Assembly (NCBI RefSeq): GCF_006345805.1
Contig: NC_042998.1
Span: forward strand, 144,150,001-144,214,000
Direction of reading: 5' to 3'
DNA length: 64,000 nt
Source: Octopus sinensis
Lineage: Eukaryota
The position numbers and the translations under genes were made by a program. Of this stretch, positions 38,441 to 51,143 are shown piece by piece. Within the stretch, counting starts at the first letter, position 1. Every line of letters starts with the position of its first letter. The notes beneath the pieces were generated by a model. The model was not told where the DNA came from, ran no database searches, and worked only from the letters and a program-made list of their open reading frames with translations.

Positions 38441-39253
38441 TCAATCGGGACGGGACTCCGAAGCGAGAATCCAGTTTGAAACGAAAGCTCGCGCAACAGT
38501 CTCAGCAGAAATGTCTGCTATCGGAATGGCTTCTGGCCAGCGGGAGAAACGATCGACACAAGTTAATAGATAAGAGAACCCGCGACTCACAGGCCATGGT
38601 CCAACCAGATCGATGTGGACATGGCGGAAACGGGCCTCCGTGGGGGGAAATTGTCCAAGCGGGGCACGAACGTGCCGTTGAATCTTGGATCGTTGACACT
38701 TGGAGCAGGTGCGTGTCCAACAAGTAATTGTGCGACGCATATTCGGCCAGAAAAACCGAGCAGTGATTAGTTTGAGGTGGGCAGCGATGCCAGGATGTGA
38801 TAAGGAGTGCAGTGCTTCAAACACTGAGCGTTGATGGGTCTCAGGCACCAGTGGCCTGGGAGATCCAGTTGAAGTGTCACAAAGAATGGTGCCTTCGGCT
38901 GACGGAAGCGGAAGGTAGGAAAACTGGCAACAGGAGAAATGGGAGAAGTTAAATCTAACGAACGCCAAAGGTGGCTGCTCCTGCGATATGGCAGCTAAGT
39001 CGATAGCAGCAGGAGACGAAAGGGCGCAAACTGGAAGGCGAGAGAGAGCGTCAGCAGGAACGTTCTCTTTTCCAGGTATGTGTCGAATGTTGCTAGTAAA
39101 TTGAGAGATAAAATCCAGGTGCCGAAAAGCACGGGGTGAGAGTTTGTCCGTTTTTGAAAACAGGGCAAACGTAAGGGGCTTGTGATCCGTATAGATCACA
39201 AAATCTCGCCCTTCAAGTTGATGCTGGAAATGACGAACCGATAGATAGATCAC
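38441..39253 (-). pseudogene. pol: Gypsy RNase H C-terminus, HHCC zinc finger and integrase N-terminal core
   Basis: [30 protein letters not shown]...[30 protein letters not shown]. Confidence 0.95.
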
Positions 39254-39266
39254 GTCGGGGTCACCA
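39249..39266 (-). promoter_or_regulatory. Primer-binding site complementary to the tRNA-Trp 3' 18 nt
   Basis: Minus strand TGGTGACCCCGACGTGAT, 2 nt after the 5' LTR; the eukaryotic tRNA-Trp 3' end is ATCACGTCGGGGTCACCA. Confidence 0.92.
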
Positions 39267-39268
39267 AT

Positions 39269-39678
39269 TGTAACGTGAAAGGATCTATCATCGAAGCACT
39301 GGCAGGGTGTCGAGATCCTTTCTAGTCACATACAAAAATTCTTGTAGAAAACAAACAGACGAAACTCAGGTTAAAGGTGAACAGACAACTTGGTTTATTG
39401 ATTCATGGTTGTACGTTGTCTGATGGGGGAATAGACAGCCTCTGATATACTGCTGGTGTTGGTCGTTGAGGTTGGTTGAAGTTGTTGAAGTTGGGGTGTG
39501 GCTGTCAGAGCAGGAAAACCGTGACCGATCGCAGTGCTGTCTTGAGCGAAGAGAGAGATTTGAGGTTCGCGGTCGAGAGATGTTTTCCCGCACATGCGCA
39601 TGGGGAAGACTTCGGTGGCCACCCGGAAGTAGTCCCTTCTGCGCATGCGCGCCGAACCCTACACTGTAGATCACTACA
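39269..39678 (-). repeat. 5' LTR (410 bp)
   Basis: Differs from the 3' LTR by 7 small deletions (8 nt) and 1 substitution. Confidence 0.97.
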
Positions 39679-40779
39679 AGTAAACGGTCGACAAGTTCAA
39701 TTTATCGACTGGGCCTTTCGTGCGCCGTTGATAAGATATACTAAAACTGGTCAGTTGTATGTTAGTTGATAAATAAATATTGGTTTACTTCGATTGCTTA
39801 GTAATTTTTATATTTACATTCAAACATATATTGCTGTTGATTAAGCGAACTGAGTGATTCATTTAATGCATTTCTTTTCATAAACAAAGTAGTGGTCAAA
39901 TAAAAGCCACGACATAATTTCGATCCCTCGCTTTTGCCATTCGCTATCACTGATGCTGACATGACGATAACTTTGAGAAAGGTATGAATGCCACACAAAC
40001 TTATTTATTTTCCTTGTGTGTGTGTGTTCATGTATATATTTGTGAAAGCATTTGTCTAAATAAGAAATCGCGAGAGACACTAATGCGATTTCTAATTTCT
40101 GTCCGGAATCGTTTTACCTCTGAGATCGTTAAGTTTTTCCTGGGAAGTACGAGCATCAAATATTGGTACCGCATTCCAACGACTTCTGGCACATCAGACT
40201 ACGATACATAATATGTATGTGCGTGTACAACTACATACATGTATATATGTGTGCATGTACGTCTATATATGCACATATTGTACATATGCATGTGCATATA
40301 CACGTACGTATACGTATATTCGTATGTATGTATGTATGTATATGCATGTACGTAATGTATGTCGTTATGTACGAATGTATATACATAATGTGTGTATGTA
40401 TGTATGTATGTATATGCATGCGCGTTTGTTTTTTGGCAATAAGCACTACCTCAGACAAGGTAGGCGTGTGTGTGACTTAATGAAAGAACCGGCAGCCCAG
40501 CATCTAGCAGTTACTGTCAGCCATACAATACAATCAATGTCGTAACGGTATTCATGGCAACAAGCAGAAGCCGACAACCAATAAAATGCGTCATGCAATC
40601 GACACACCCTGATCTAGTCATGTGACAGGAGGTAATTTTCCACACCTCTTCCGTTACCTCCAAAATGCGGAACTGCAATTAGAAACGTTAATTAGTTTGT
40701 TTGTTTGTTTTGGAGTGTTTTTTTTTTTCTTTCTCAATATGACCAATTTTAGAGAGAGAAGGTGGTGGGTTGACGAAAT

Positions 40780-41235
40780 CGGCCTTGCGGTATTCAATTG
40801 CGTCCTTTTACGCTCTGAGATCGAATCCAGCCGAGATCGATTTTTGTCTTTCATTCTTCCAAGATTGATAAAATAAAAGTACCAATTAAGTACTAGGAGT
40901 CGATATAAGCAGACATGTCCCTTCCCCCATAATGTATATAGCCTTGTACACCTGTTGGAAACTAATATTTATAAGGGATTGACTTCGTCCTTTATACGTG
41001 TAGTGCTGTTTCAAATGTTGACACAAGACCAACAACTTTGAAGTAAGGGGAGCAAATCGATTACAACAACCATCCTTCCCCCAATGTTAAACTGGTACTC
41101 ATTTATCGACCCTGAAAGAATGAAAGGCGAAGTCAACCTCGGTGAAATTAGAACTCAGAATGTAAAAAACCAGAAGAAAACCCGCCAAGTATTTTGCTTG
41201 ACGCACTAACGACTCAGCCAGCTCCGCCACCTTAA
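40780..41235. mobile_element. Diverged SINE family B copies retaining CpG
   Basis: Family B motifs, + strand at about 40780-40960 and minus strand at about 41040-41235. Confidence 0.75.
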
Positions 41236-41504
41236 ACCCGTAGCGTTAATAAAATAAGTACCGGTAATATACTGTAAAGAAGATTAATTAAATTGTGCTC
41301 TTTCCTACAACTTCATGGTCTCGTGCAAAAATCTCAAATCAAAATTTATTAGGGAAACGGACATAACTAATTGAATCAGTATCATTATATCGCAGGCATT
41401 TCCAAACGCAAAAAAAAATAAGGACGATTCAGAAGATTTGATTGCGAGATTTTATCGACTCTTGCATCATAAATTCCACTCCTCAAAAACAAAAATAATA
41501 ATAA

Positions 41505-42030
41505 CACTGGGGAACAAATTTCAATTTTTTGTCTATTGAATTAGATTCCACAGTTAGTTGAAGGTAATTTGGGTGCGCCGAGCACGAAGTTTTACTCGGT
41601 CTTATTCTATCAGGTCCGGATTTTGAATAGAAATAAGAAAGGTGAAATTAATCGAATGGGAGTCAGAGAAGAATAGTTCAATTGAATTTAACTTAACTGC
41701 GTAACGAGAGTGATTTTTGTTTATGTCAAAAATGACCTTTTGACAATTTTTTTTTCCATACAGGTGTCGGGAGCCTACTAATCATGAGACCGATTGTTAT
41801 TTTTGCTTTGTCAAGACTTCGGGCTTCCCTAAGAAAAATAAACATAGTATCGAGTGCCCAAATTTCGACACGGCGATACGACCTGTGCTACATTCAAATG
41901 AAATCCCCATTCCAATATTTAAGAATCTGCCACCTCAAGAATTAGATGAAGGATGTTCCAGAAAACATTGTTATGCACTCTGAGGGGTCTGACACAGATT
42001 TTGACCCCAGCGTATTAGAAAGTCGAAATT
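41505..42030 (+). mobile_element. Chapaev3-type DNA transposon 5' fragment
   Basis: taa|cactggggaacaaat terminus; 41768-41960 translates REPTNHETDCYFCFVKTSGF..KNKHSIECPNFDTAIRPVLHSNEIPIP, the WREPxxHxxDCYFC...YP...RPVPH motif of Chapaev3 transposases. Confidence 0.75.
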
Positions 42031-43062
42031 CTTACTACTTTTTGGCAAGTCGACTACGGTGGAACCTGAACTCAGAATGCAAAGAGCCAGAACAAATGAC
42101 ATAAAGCAATTTATTTACTGACTCTCTAACGATTCTGCCAGTTTGCCACATCAAAGTTTCTAATAAGCAATTTTGAGGAGGATGGAGTCAGGTCCACTAC
42201 ATGGACCCAGTACTTGACTGGTACTTCATTTTTTTAAACCTCAGCAAAAAATGAAAAGCAAGGTTAACTTCGGCAAAATTTGAACTCAGAATATTAATAA
42301 TAAGTAACAACAAGAAATACATTAGATTCTTAATAGTGGTTTCAGATTTTGGCCCAAGGCCAGCAATTTTAAGGGAGCAGGTATGTCGATTACATGACTC
42401 CAGCGCTTAACTGGTTCTTATTTCATTGGTCTTGAAAGTGGAAAGACAAAATTTGAACTCCGACTGTAAAGAACCAGAACAAACGCTCCCATGCATTTCA
42501 CAGCCACGTCAACGAATCGGCCAGCTCGCTGTCTTTAGATACTTAATGAAGAATGATAATCATGAACAACTGTATAAAAATCGACCTCTTTGTAATAATG
42601 ATAATAATTAGTTGATTATATACAGTACTCAAGTGCACTACAATTCGTAGGAAAAGGGGCCGAAACCGGATGTAGTTCCTCCTGATGATGTCTTTAGCCA
42701 GTGGATCCTATAAAGGAGGTGTTGAGGTAGCGAACCACGAAACGTTGGAATTCCCCCAAAGATGGGACAAAAAGCAAACATGAGTAAAGAAAGACAGAAT
42801 GGAAAGTTAGAAATATAGGAACGTACATAGAATAAAAACTTTATAAAAACAGTGAATGAAATTTCCCAAAAACGTAATGGGTTTTTTTTTTGGTGGGGGA
42901 AGGGTTGGGAGTATTCTTGTTATTTATTTTAATATACTTTATATTATTGCATAAGCATTTTTACGATTGTCAGTATTGGCTTACAGAGAGGATTGGGTGT
43001 ACCGTCGCGTCTGAAAATAACCGATTCGGATTGTGTGTGTGTGTGTGCGCGCGCGCGCAGGC

Positions 43063-43426
43063 GGAGGCGCAGTGGCCCAGTGGTTAGGGCAAGCGACTCG
43101 CGGTCGTAGGATCAGGGTTTCGATTCCCAAACCGGGCGTTGTGAATGTTTATTGAGTGAAAACACCTAAAGCTCCACGAGGTTCCAGCAGGAGGTGGTGG
43201 TGACCCTGCTGTACCCTTTCACCACAGCTTTCTCTCGCTTTTTCTTTCTGTTTCTATTGTACCAGTATGTCAAAAGGCTGGCCTTATCACGCTCTATGTC
43301 ACGCTGAATCTCCCCGGGTAAGCGTATATGTGGAGTGCTCAGCCACTTGCACGTTTATTTCACGAGCAGGCTGTTCCATTGATCGGATCAACTGGAACCC
43401 TCGTCATCGTAATCGACGGAGTGCTT
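43063..43426 (+). mobile_element. tRNA-derived SINE family D, abutting a family A head
   Basis: Homologous to 14141-14527, with an internal deletion. Confidence 0.9.
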
Positions 43427-43859
43427 ACCAACCACATGGTTCTGAATTCAGTCCCACTGCGTGGCACCTTGGGCAAGTATCTACTGCTATAGCCTCGGGC
43501 TATAAATTGTGAATGGATTTGATAGACGGAAACAAAAAGAAGCAAAGTCGGCACGAGGCTATAGTAGAAGACACTTGCCCAAGGTGCCACACAGTGGGAC
43601 TGAACCTGGAACCATGTCGTTGGGAAGCAAGCTACTTACCACACAGCCACTCCTGCACCTATATATATATATATAGATATATATATTATATATACATATA
43701 TATTATAAATATATATATTATAAAATATATATATATATTTCTTTATTGCTCACAGGGGCTAAACACAGACAGGACAAACAAGGACAGACAAAAGGATTAA
43801 GTTGATTACATCAAAGTCAACCTTGGTGGAATTTGAACGGAGAATGTAACGGCAGATAA

Positions 43860-44295
43860 AATACTGTAACCACTCTCCAAGTTTTCCAGCTATACTGAGA
43901 TCACACAGTTTGTGGCATATCATACCATGATCCACCTTGTCAAAAGCTTTTGCAAAATCAAGGTATATTACGTCCACATTTGAGTTGTTGAGTAACTGCC
44001 TCAACACCCAGTCATAATGTTGTAAGAGCTGGGTCAGGCAGCTCCAACCTGGTCAAAAGCCATGCTGGGTATCACTCAGCAAATTATTTTCTTCAAGGAA
44101 TGCGATTGGTTTCCCTCTGACTATCAGTTCCACGACTTTGCTGATGTGTGAAGTCAGAGAGATAGGCCTATAGTTTTTGGCATCTGCTATGCTTCCCCCT
44201 TTATAGATTGGGCATATTTTCCCTCCTTCAGCTTGCTTGGCAATCTGCCATTTGCAAGAAAGCTCTAGAAGAGAATCTGGAGGGGTTTTGCTAGA
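43860..44295 (-). mobile_element. CR1-clade LINE reverse-transcriptase fragment
   Basis: PIYKGGSIADAKNYRPISLTSHISKVVE...NLLSDTQHGF...VDVIYLDFAKAFDKVDHGMICHKL...GKLGEWL. Confidence 0.9.
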
Positions 44296-44439
44296 GCAAA
44301 ATATATAGATTATATAAATATATATACATATATTATATAAATATAAATACAAATACATACATATATATATATATACATACATATATATATATACATACAT
44401 ATATATATATACATACATATATACATACATATAGACATA

Positions 44440-44765
44440 CATCATCATCATCATCATCGTTTAACGTCCGTTCTCCATGCTAGCATGGGTTGGACGGTTC
44501 GACCGGGGATCTGGGAAGCCAGAAGGCTGCACCAGACTCCAGTCTTATCTGGCAATGTTTCTACAGCTGGATGCCCTTCCTAACGCCAACCACTCCGTGA
44601 GTGTAGTGGGTGCTTTTTACGTGCCACCTGCACAGGTGCCAGGCGAGGCTGGCAACGGCCACGGTCGGATTGGTGTATTTTATGTGCCACCGGCACGGAA
44701 GCCAGTCGAGGCGGTGCTCATCATCATCATCGTTTAGCGTCCGTTTTCCATGCTAGCATGGGTTA
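44440..44765 (-). mobile_element. Two abutting young RTE 3'-tail copies
   Basis: (CAT)n-cgtttaacgtccg at about 44440 and again at about 44720. Confidence 0.85.
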
Positions 44766-45221
44766 TATATATACATACATCATATACATACATACACATA
44801 CATATATATACATACATACACATACATATATATACATACACACACATACATATATATACATACACACACATACATATATATACATACACACACATACATA
44901 TATATACATACACATACATATATATACATACACATACATATATATACATACACATACATATATATACATACATACATATATATACATACACACACATACA
45001 TATATATACATACACACACATACATATATATACATACACATACATATATATACATACACATACATATATATACATACACATACATATATATACATACATA
45101 CATACATATATATACATACATACATATACATACATACATATATATACATACATACATATACATACATACATACATATATATACATACATATACATACATA
45201 CATATACATACATACATATAC

Positions 45222-45266
<45 letters not shown>

Positions 45267-45290
45267 CATACACACATACCCACACACACA
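44765..45290. repeat. (TA/CA/CATA) compound microsatellite
   Basis: Read directly from the sequence. Confidence 0.95.
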
Positions 45291-46344
45291 CTCACTCAAA
45301 TGGCATTTGTGTACAATTGTTGAGTAAATAGAGGCCACAGACATTACAGCCACATCCTGAGTGTGGTTGATAAATTCAGGACTGGGAATCCACTTGAGCT
45401 ATCATTTCTTTTACCCTCACATTAATCCTGATCAAAATAATTCGTTTGATCCAGAATGACGACAATAGAATTTTTCATTGACTAAAAATAGTTTTTCACT
45501 CTTTATCGCACATTCACACACACCCACACACACTCATGCATGCTTGTGTGTATGTATGTGCCATGGCTATGTAGTTGAGGCGCTCGCTTCTCCTATGGTT
45601 TCATGTTATGTTGCACCGGACATAAAGAATGTGAACTGCACCCCCTTTCATTATTTTTGTTTTGTTTTTTTTGTAAAGAATCCCCATCTTCGAGTAGAGA
45701 TTCTGATTCTACAGAAAAAAATAAATAAACAGCATTTTAAAATTTTAATTTCCACCCCCGATTTTTCCAATTTGCACCATTTTAGAAATTTTTTGTTTTG
45801 CAAATCCTTTTTCTACAGTTCCAGGCCAACCAAAATCTTCTGAGTGGTTGGCTTTAATAGACGTAATCTGAGAAAAATCTGTCATGTGTGTGTGTGTGTG
45901 AGAGAGAGAGAGAATGTGTATATGTGGGTGTGTGTGCATGCGCACGTATGTGCATGTATATGTGTGTGTGTGTGTGTGTTTATGTTCGTCCTCTCACTAC
46001 CAGTGTATTCACATCCCTGGGAACCAAGCAGTGCAATGAAACAGACCTATAGAATAAATAACAGATTTTTAAAATAAGTACTAGGGTCACTAAATATTCT
46101 TCAAGGTGATGCCTCAGCACAGACGCAATCCAAAGACTGAAACAAGTAAAAGATTTTTTAAAATTCGAGTATATATTGAGCCTATCTTCTATTATATTGC
46201 TATGGAGATATACATAACAGCAGAAGACAACTGAAAATAGCTCTACACTCAACAGTTGTCAGGGGAATTAACTAAATCTAATGCATTTAGCTTTGACATA
46301 GCAGAGCCACTTTGAGTTTTCTCCCTTACACTTTAACTATTACT

Positions 46345-46770
46345 CTTTTTATTCTTTGACTTGTTTCAGTCATTTGACTGCGGACATGCTGGAGCACCGC
46401 CTTTTTATTTTTAATCGAGCAACTCAACCCCGGGACTTATTCTTTGCAACTCCAGTACTTATTCTATCGGTCTCTTTTGCCAAACCGCTAAGTAACGGGG
46501 ACATAAACACACCAGCATCGGTTGTGAAGCAATACTAGGGGGACAGACACAGACACAAACATACACGCACACACATATATATATATATATATACATATAT
46601 ACGACGGGCTTCTTTCAGTTTCCGTCTACCAAATCCACTCACAAGGCTTTGGTCGGCCCGTGGCTATAGTAGAAGACACTTGCCCAAGGTGCCACGCAGT
46701 TGGACTGAACCCGGAACAATGTGGTTGGTAAACAAGCTACTTACCACACAGCCACTCCTGCGTCTATCTG
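46345..46770 (-). mobile_element. SINE family A with alternative tail, CpG-intact
   Basis: Full-length reverse-complement copy. Confidence 0.9.
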
Positions 46771-48986
46771 TGTAACTTTGTCTAAACACTAACAGTTTTT
46801 AAATTAAATAGCACGCTTATGATCCAATCTTACGACCCAAGGCATTCCGATCGAGCCAATGCTAGATTAAAAAAAATTTTTTTTGCTTCATACTGTAGGC
46901 AACATTATCTGATGTATTTTTCTGTTTTTAAGTCAGATGAGTATAATTTGAGGGAGAAAGTAATCTTCAAGTGTTTTAAGTGAAATCATTTAGCGCTATC
47001 CTTCCAGGTTGTCTTACATGGCCAAGCTAAATGCTTAACTCAAATCTACTGCTGTTGTTTAGCTCCAGGTCCGTCCTGTTTGACTAGATATACAATCAAA
47101 GGCATTCCAGCTATGACTTTCTCATTGCATGTGTGTGTGTGTGTGTGTGTGCGTGCATGCGTGCGGTAAGAAGCTTGATTCCCAACCACTGCATGGCAGC
47201 TTGAGCAAGTGTCTTCTACTATAGCCTCAGGTCAACCAAAGCTTTGTGAGTGAATTTTGTAGATGGAAACCGAAAGAAGCTTGTCGTGTGTGTGTGTGTA
47301 TATATGTGTGTTTGTGTGTGCATGTGTGTCTATCTATGTGTGTCTTTATGCCTATGTTTCCCACCACCACCACTACTCAACAACTGATGCTGGTGTGTCC
47401 CTGTAACTTACCAATTCAACAAAAGGGACCAATAAAATAAGAACCAGGCTCTAAAAAATTAGGTACTGGGGTTAATAGATTTGAGTAAAAATTCTTCAAG
47501 GCAGTGTCCAGCAGGGCAACAATCTAATGATTGAAACAAGTAAAAGTTAATAGATAAAAGAATGCCATTGTGAAAAATGGACATTAAATGATGATGTATA
47601 TCCATGACTACATTATCAAATACACTTTTTTTATATTTTAACCCTTTGTGATCTTCGTCACTTATATACTATAGAAACCAGGTAACCTGCCATATGTGTC
47701 CTCGAGTTCAAGGAAAATAAAAAAATAAAAACCAGTAATCAGCCATCACAAATAAGTATGGTGTGACAGCTTGTTCCATGTTTTTCTTATTTATTTTAAG
47801 TAGCTATATAGTTGCAAACAGACATAGATACTTCTCAGCTCTCATCACCTCTGATTCAAAGATGTGACAGCTGAAGGGAGAGAGGGCTGCACTAGCACTT
47901 GGTTGGTACCTGTTCAGCTGAGTAAACATGTAATAAAGTGTCTTACTCATGGACACACTGTCACCTAACCCAGGAACTGAATCTGTGATATTATTATTAT
48001 GAACCAAAGACTTCAATAATTAAGCCATGCACTTTCACGTAGATAACATTTGTAAATGTTCATACCTACAACTATACAATATTGTACATCTCTTCATTGA
48101 GCCTCCCATCACTACTTCAACAAAGCCAGCGAAGTACAATGGTATCTATCCTTTACTGAGGAAGTCCACTAATGCCAGAACATGTTTGGAGTTTTCTTCC
48201 ATACTTAACTAAATTATTAAAATAATATTAGTCAATGTTGTCTTCTCCTTAATGCATAAATATTTCTAATTAGATCATTTAAGCTCAGTGCACATTTCTC
48301 TCTGATTAGAGCATACATAGAACACAGGATAAAACACAAGACAGAAAACTGAATAGTAAAAGAACCATAAAGAAGAAAGGATGCATGGCACATCAGGAAT
48401 GATGCTGGTAAATTTTAGGAAGCATGGAATTTTTGAAGGATGCGGTGTCCTGACAACTGATGTTGGTAGTTTATTCTGTGTTCAACAATTCTGAGCATGA
48501 AAAAATGTTTCCAAAAGTCATAGGCGCTTAGATAAAACTTATGCTTTGATAAACATGTGACAAACTGGTGCAAGGAATTGACAAGCCCCAATTACAGTGA
48601 AATGCATCTGGTGTTCTCATGAGCTACATACTTTCTGCTATGATGTTCACATCACTCTGATATAATGTGTTTTTAACACAAAATATCTATGAAAAGATTT
48701 TCTCACATAAATACTATAGCATCAAGCCTTTCAATGGTTTCCATTTACATTTAGTATGATACACAGAAGGTGACTCGTGAGTTAACTACACAGCCATTAT
48801 ATCACTGAAAACTTGATTTCTGGATTCACTTGTGCTACCATCAGTTATATTTGATGAATTGAAACAGTCTGTGTTACATACCACAATATAAACAAGACAT
48901 TACAAGTAAGCCTGTACTGAGTAAACTTTTAAAATGTAGAAATATTAACAATGTTATTTCAAGAACCAAAGCAATTATTGTCTTAC

Positions 48987-49091
48987 TTGTGAATTAGACA
49001 GTCCTAATGCTGGTGCAGATTGGCGGCGTTTTGAGCTCTTTTGAAATATCCGTGAAGAACCAGAGGGCTGTCTTGGTGGAATGAGCTGACT
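48987..49091 (-). CDS. Internal coding exon of an unidentified host gene (SQLIPPRQPSGSSRIFQKSSKRRQSAPALGLSNSQ)
   Basis: Acceptor tttttctgttcctttcag, donor CAA|GTAAGA, 105 nt; only the phase-0 frame is open; unique sequence, more GC-rich than its flanks. Confidence 0.6.
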
Positions 49092-49226
49092 CTGAAAGGA
49101 ACAGAAAAATGATACCATTAAATGGGGAATTTTTAGAAAAACTTCACAAATTTGTTTAAACATTTAATAAGAATATATAATTATATAAATATGACAAATT
49201 TCTGTAGAATAACTTTTACATCATAT

Positions 49227-49261
<35 letters not shown>

Positions 49262-49269
49262 TATGACTG

Positions 49270-49590
49270 TGGCTCTGTGTAGTCAAGAAGCTTGCTTCCT
49301 AACTATGAAGTTTCAGGGCAAGTGTCTTCTACTATAACCCAGGGCCAACCAAAGCCTTGTAAGTGGATTTAGTGGGCAAGAACTGAAAATTGTAAAATGT
49401 ATGTGTGTGTGTTCCCTTGTCTTGACATCATGTAATGGTTGTAAACAAGCATCCTTATAAGGAAATATTACCTTGCTTGGAAATAGGTGAGGTTTGGCAA
49501 CAGGAAGGGCATCCAGCTGTAGAATATCTTCCTCAATGAATTCATCTGATACATGCAATCATGGAAAAGTAGACATGATGATGATGATGA
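49270..49590 (+). mobile_element. SINE family A/RTE-tail copy (deleted)
   Basis: Head plus ggaagggcatccagctgtagaa...gatgatgat tail. Confidence 0.8.
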
Positions 49591-51143
49591 TGGCCAATGT
49601 TTTGTTATTGAATATAATTATTGTTGCTTTTTCACTGAGTGGATGAAATGAGATGATTTTTCTCATTTCTTAACTGCATGTGCAAGATGATCGAGTGACT
49701 AAACATCAGAGAGTAATGAGCTGAGAGGAATTTGTAATCAAATACAACAGCTTCATTAGCAAAGGTACTGATTACAATGCTATCTTGGTTAAAGAGAGGT
49801 GATGAGGATGACTGTACAAAGTTTGTAGATATCCTCTTGAAAAGGGATCTGAAAGTTTAACTGCAAAAAGGAAGGCATGAGATATTGTTGGCTATGTGTT
49901 GCACAAAAGCATATTTTACTCTCTTGATCATCTTAACACAGTTAAAATAACCACCAGGTAAGCAGGCATTCACAAGAATGTGAATGCTTAGAATGATGAT
50001 GAAGAATTATTGAGAGTGAAGTACCTCTGAATTACTCTTAAACATTCAAATGGTTGCTTTCATATTTAAACAGAACCAATTGCTCTTCACTACGTCCATC
50101 ACTTGTGTATGGTCTCCAGTCATTCTCCCACAGAGTTTAAGTTAAAGTTTAATTATATCAATGTAACCAGGTTGCAGATCCACACTGCATGCTTCTTCGG
50201 ATTAAAAGAATAATGAATGGTTTCAAAATTTCACAGAAGACCAGCAATTTTGTGGAGAGCCAGTAAGTTGATTACACTGATGTCAGTATTTGATCCCAGT
50301 ATTTGACTGGTATTCTATTTTATTAGCCTCAAAACCATTAAAGACAAAGTCAACTTTTTGGTGAAATTTAAACTCAGAATGTAAAGAGTTAAGAAATGCA
50401 ACTAGGTATTTTATTCAACATGCTGCCAGCCTGCTTCCTGAGCTAAGGAATATTTAATAAGAACAAAAGATGCTTCTAATTAAGAAAGTATCAGTTTATC
50501 TTGCAGAAAGTCATCCCAGAGATAATCAAGGTTGCAATAATGTAAGTAAAAGGGGAAAAAAAACCCATGCATGTATCATTTGGATGGATAAACAGGATCT
50601 GATGAGTTGGAGGACTGTTTCATGCTCCAATGTCTGCCTTGGCATGGTTTCTATAGCTTGCTGCTTTTCCTGACACCAACCACTTTATAAAGTGAGAGAG
50701 TATTGGGTACTTTGAGCTGTTAAACTTCAATTCAAGTTTAGCAATTCACACTAGAATGTGCTGTGGCCTAGAGGTTAGGGTGCTGCACTCACAATCATAG
50801 TTTCAATTCCTGCACTGAACAGTACATTGTTTTTTAGAGCAAAACACTTAATTTCATGTTGCTCCAGTCTATTCAGTTGTAAATGAGTTTCTGCAACAAC
50901 TGGAGAGTTAACCTCATGACAGACTAACATCCCATTCAGGAGGAGCGTTTTAGTCTCAGCCACTTATATGCCACTGAAATCAAGCCTTTATGAGTTCTGG
51001 GGTTCACAACACACTTAAGAGTAAGTTCACAATAGTTGAAAGTATGTTGTTATTAAATCTCTAATTTAATCTCCGTTTCCATGTTAAAATTCTTTGAAAG
51101 GAATCTGCACAGTAAGTATCTTGCAATAGATTTTCTCTTGTAA

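Larger units (their letters stand above)
37083..39678 (-). mobile_element. Ty3/Gypsy LTR retrotransposon, internally deleted (no gag/PR/RT)
   Basis: Two near-identical TG...CA LTRs, PBS, PPT, and RNase H C-terminus plus full integrase. Confidence 0.97.

Noticed and set aside
50507-50541. 35-nt + strand micro-exon with good splice sites
   Set aside because: Too short to support without transcripts, and there is no other + strand gene evidence.
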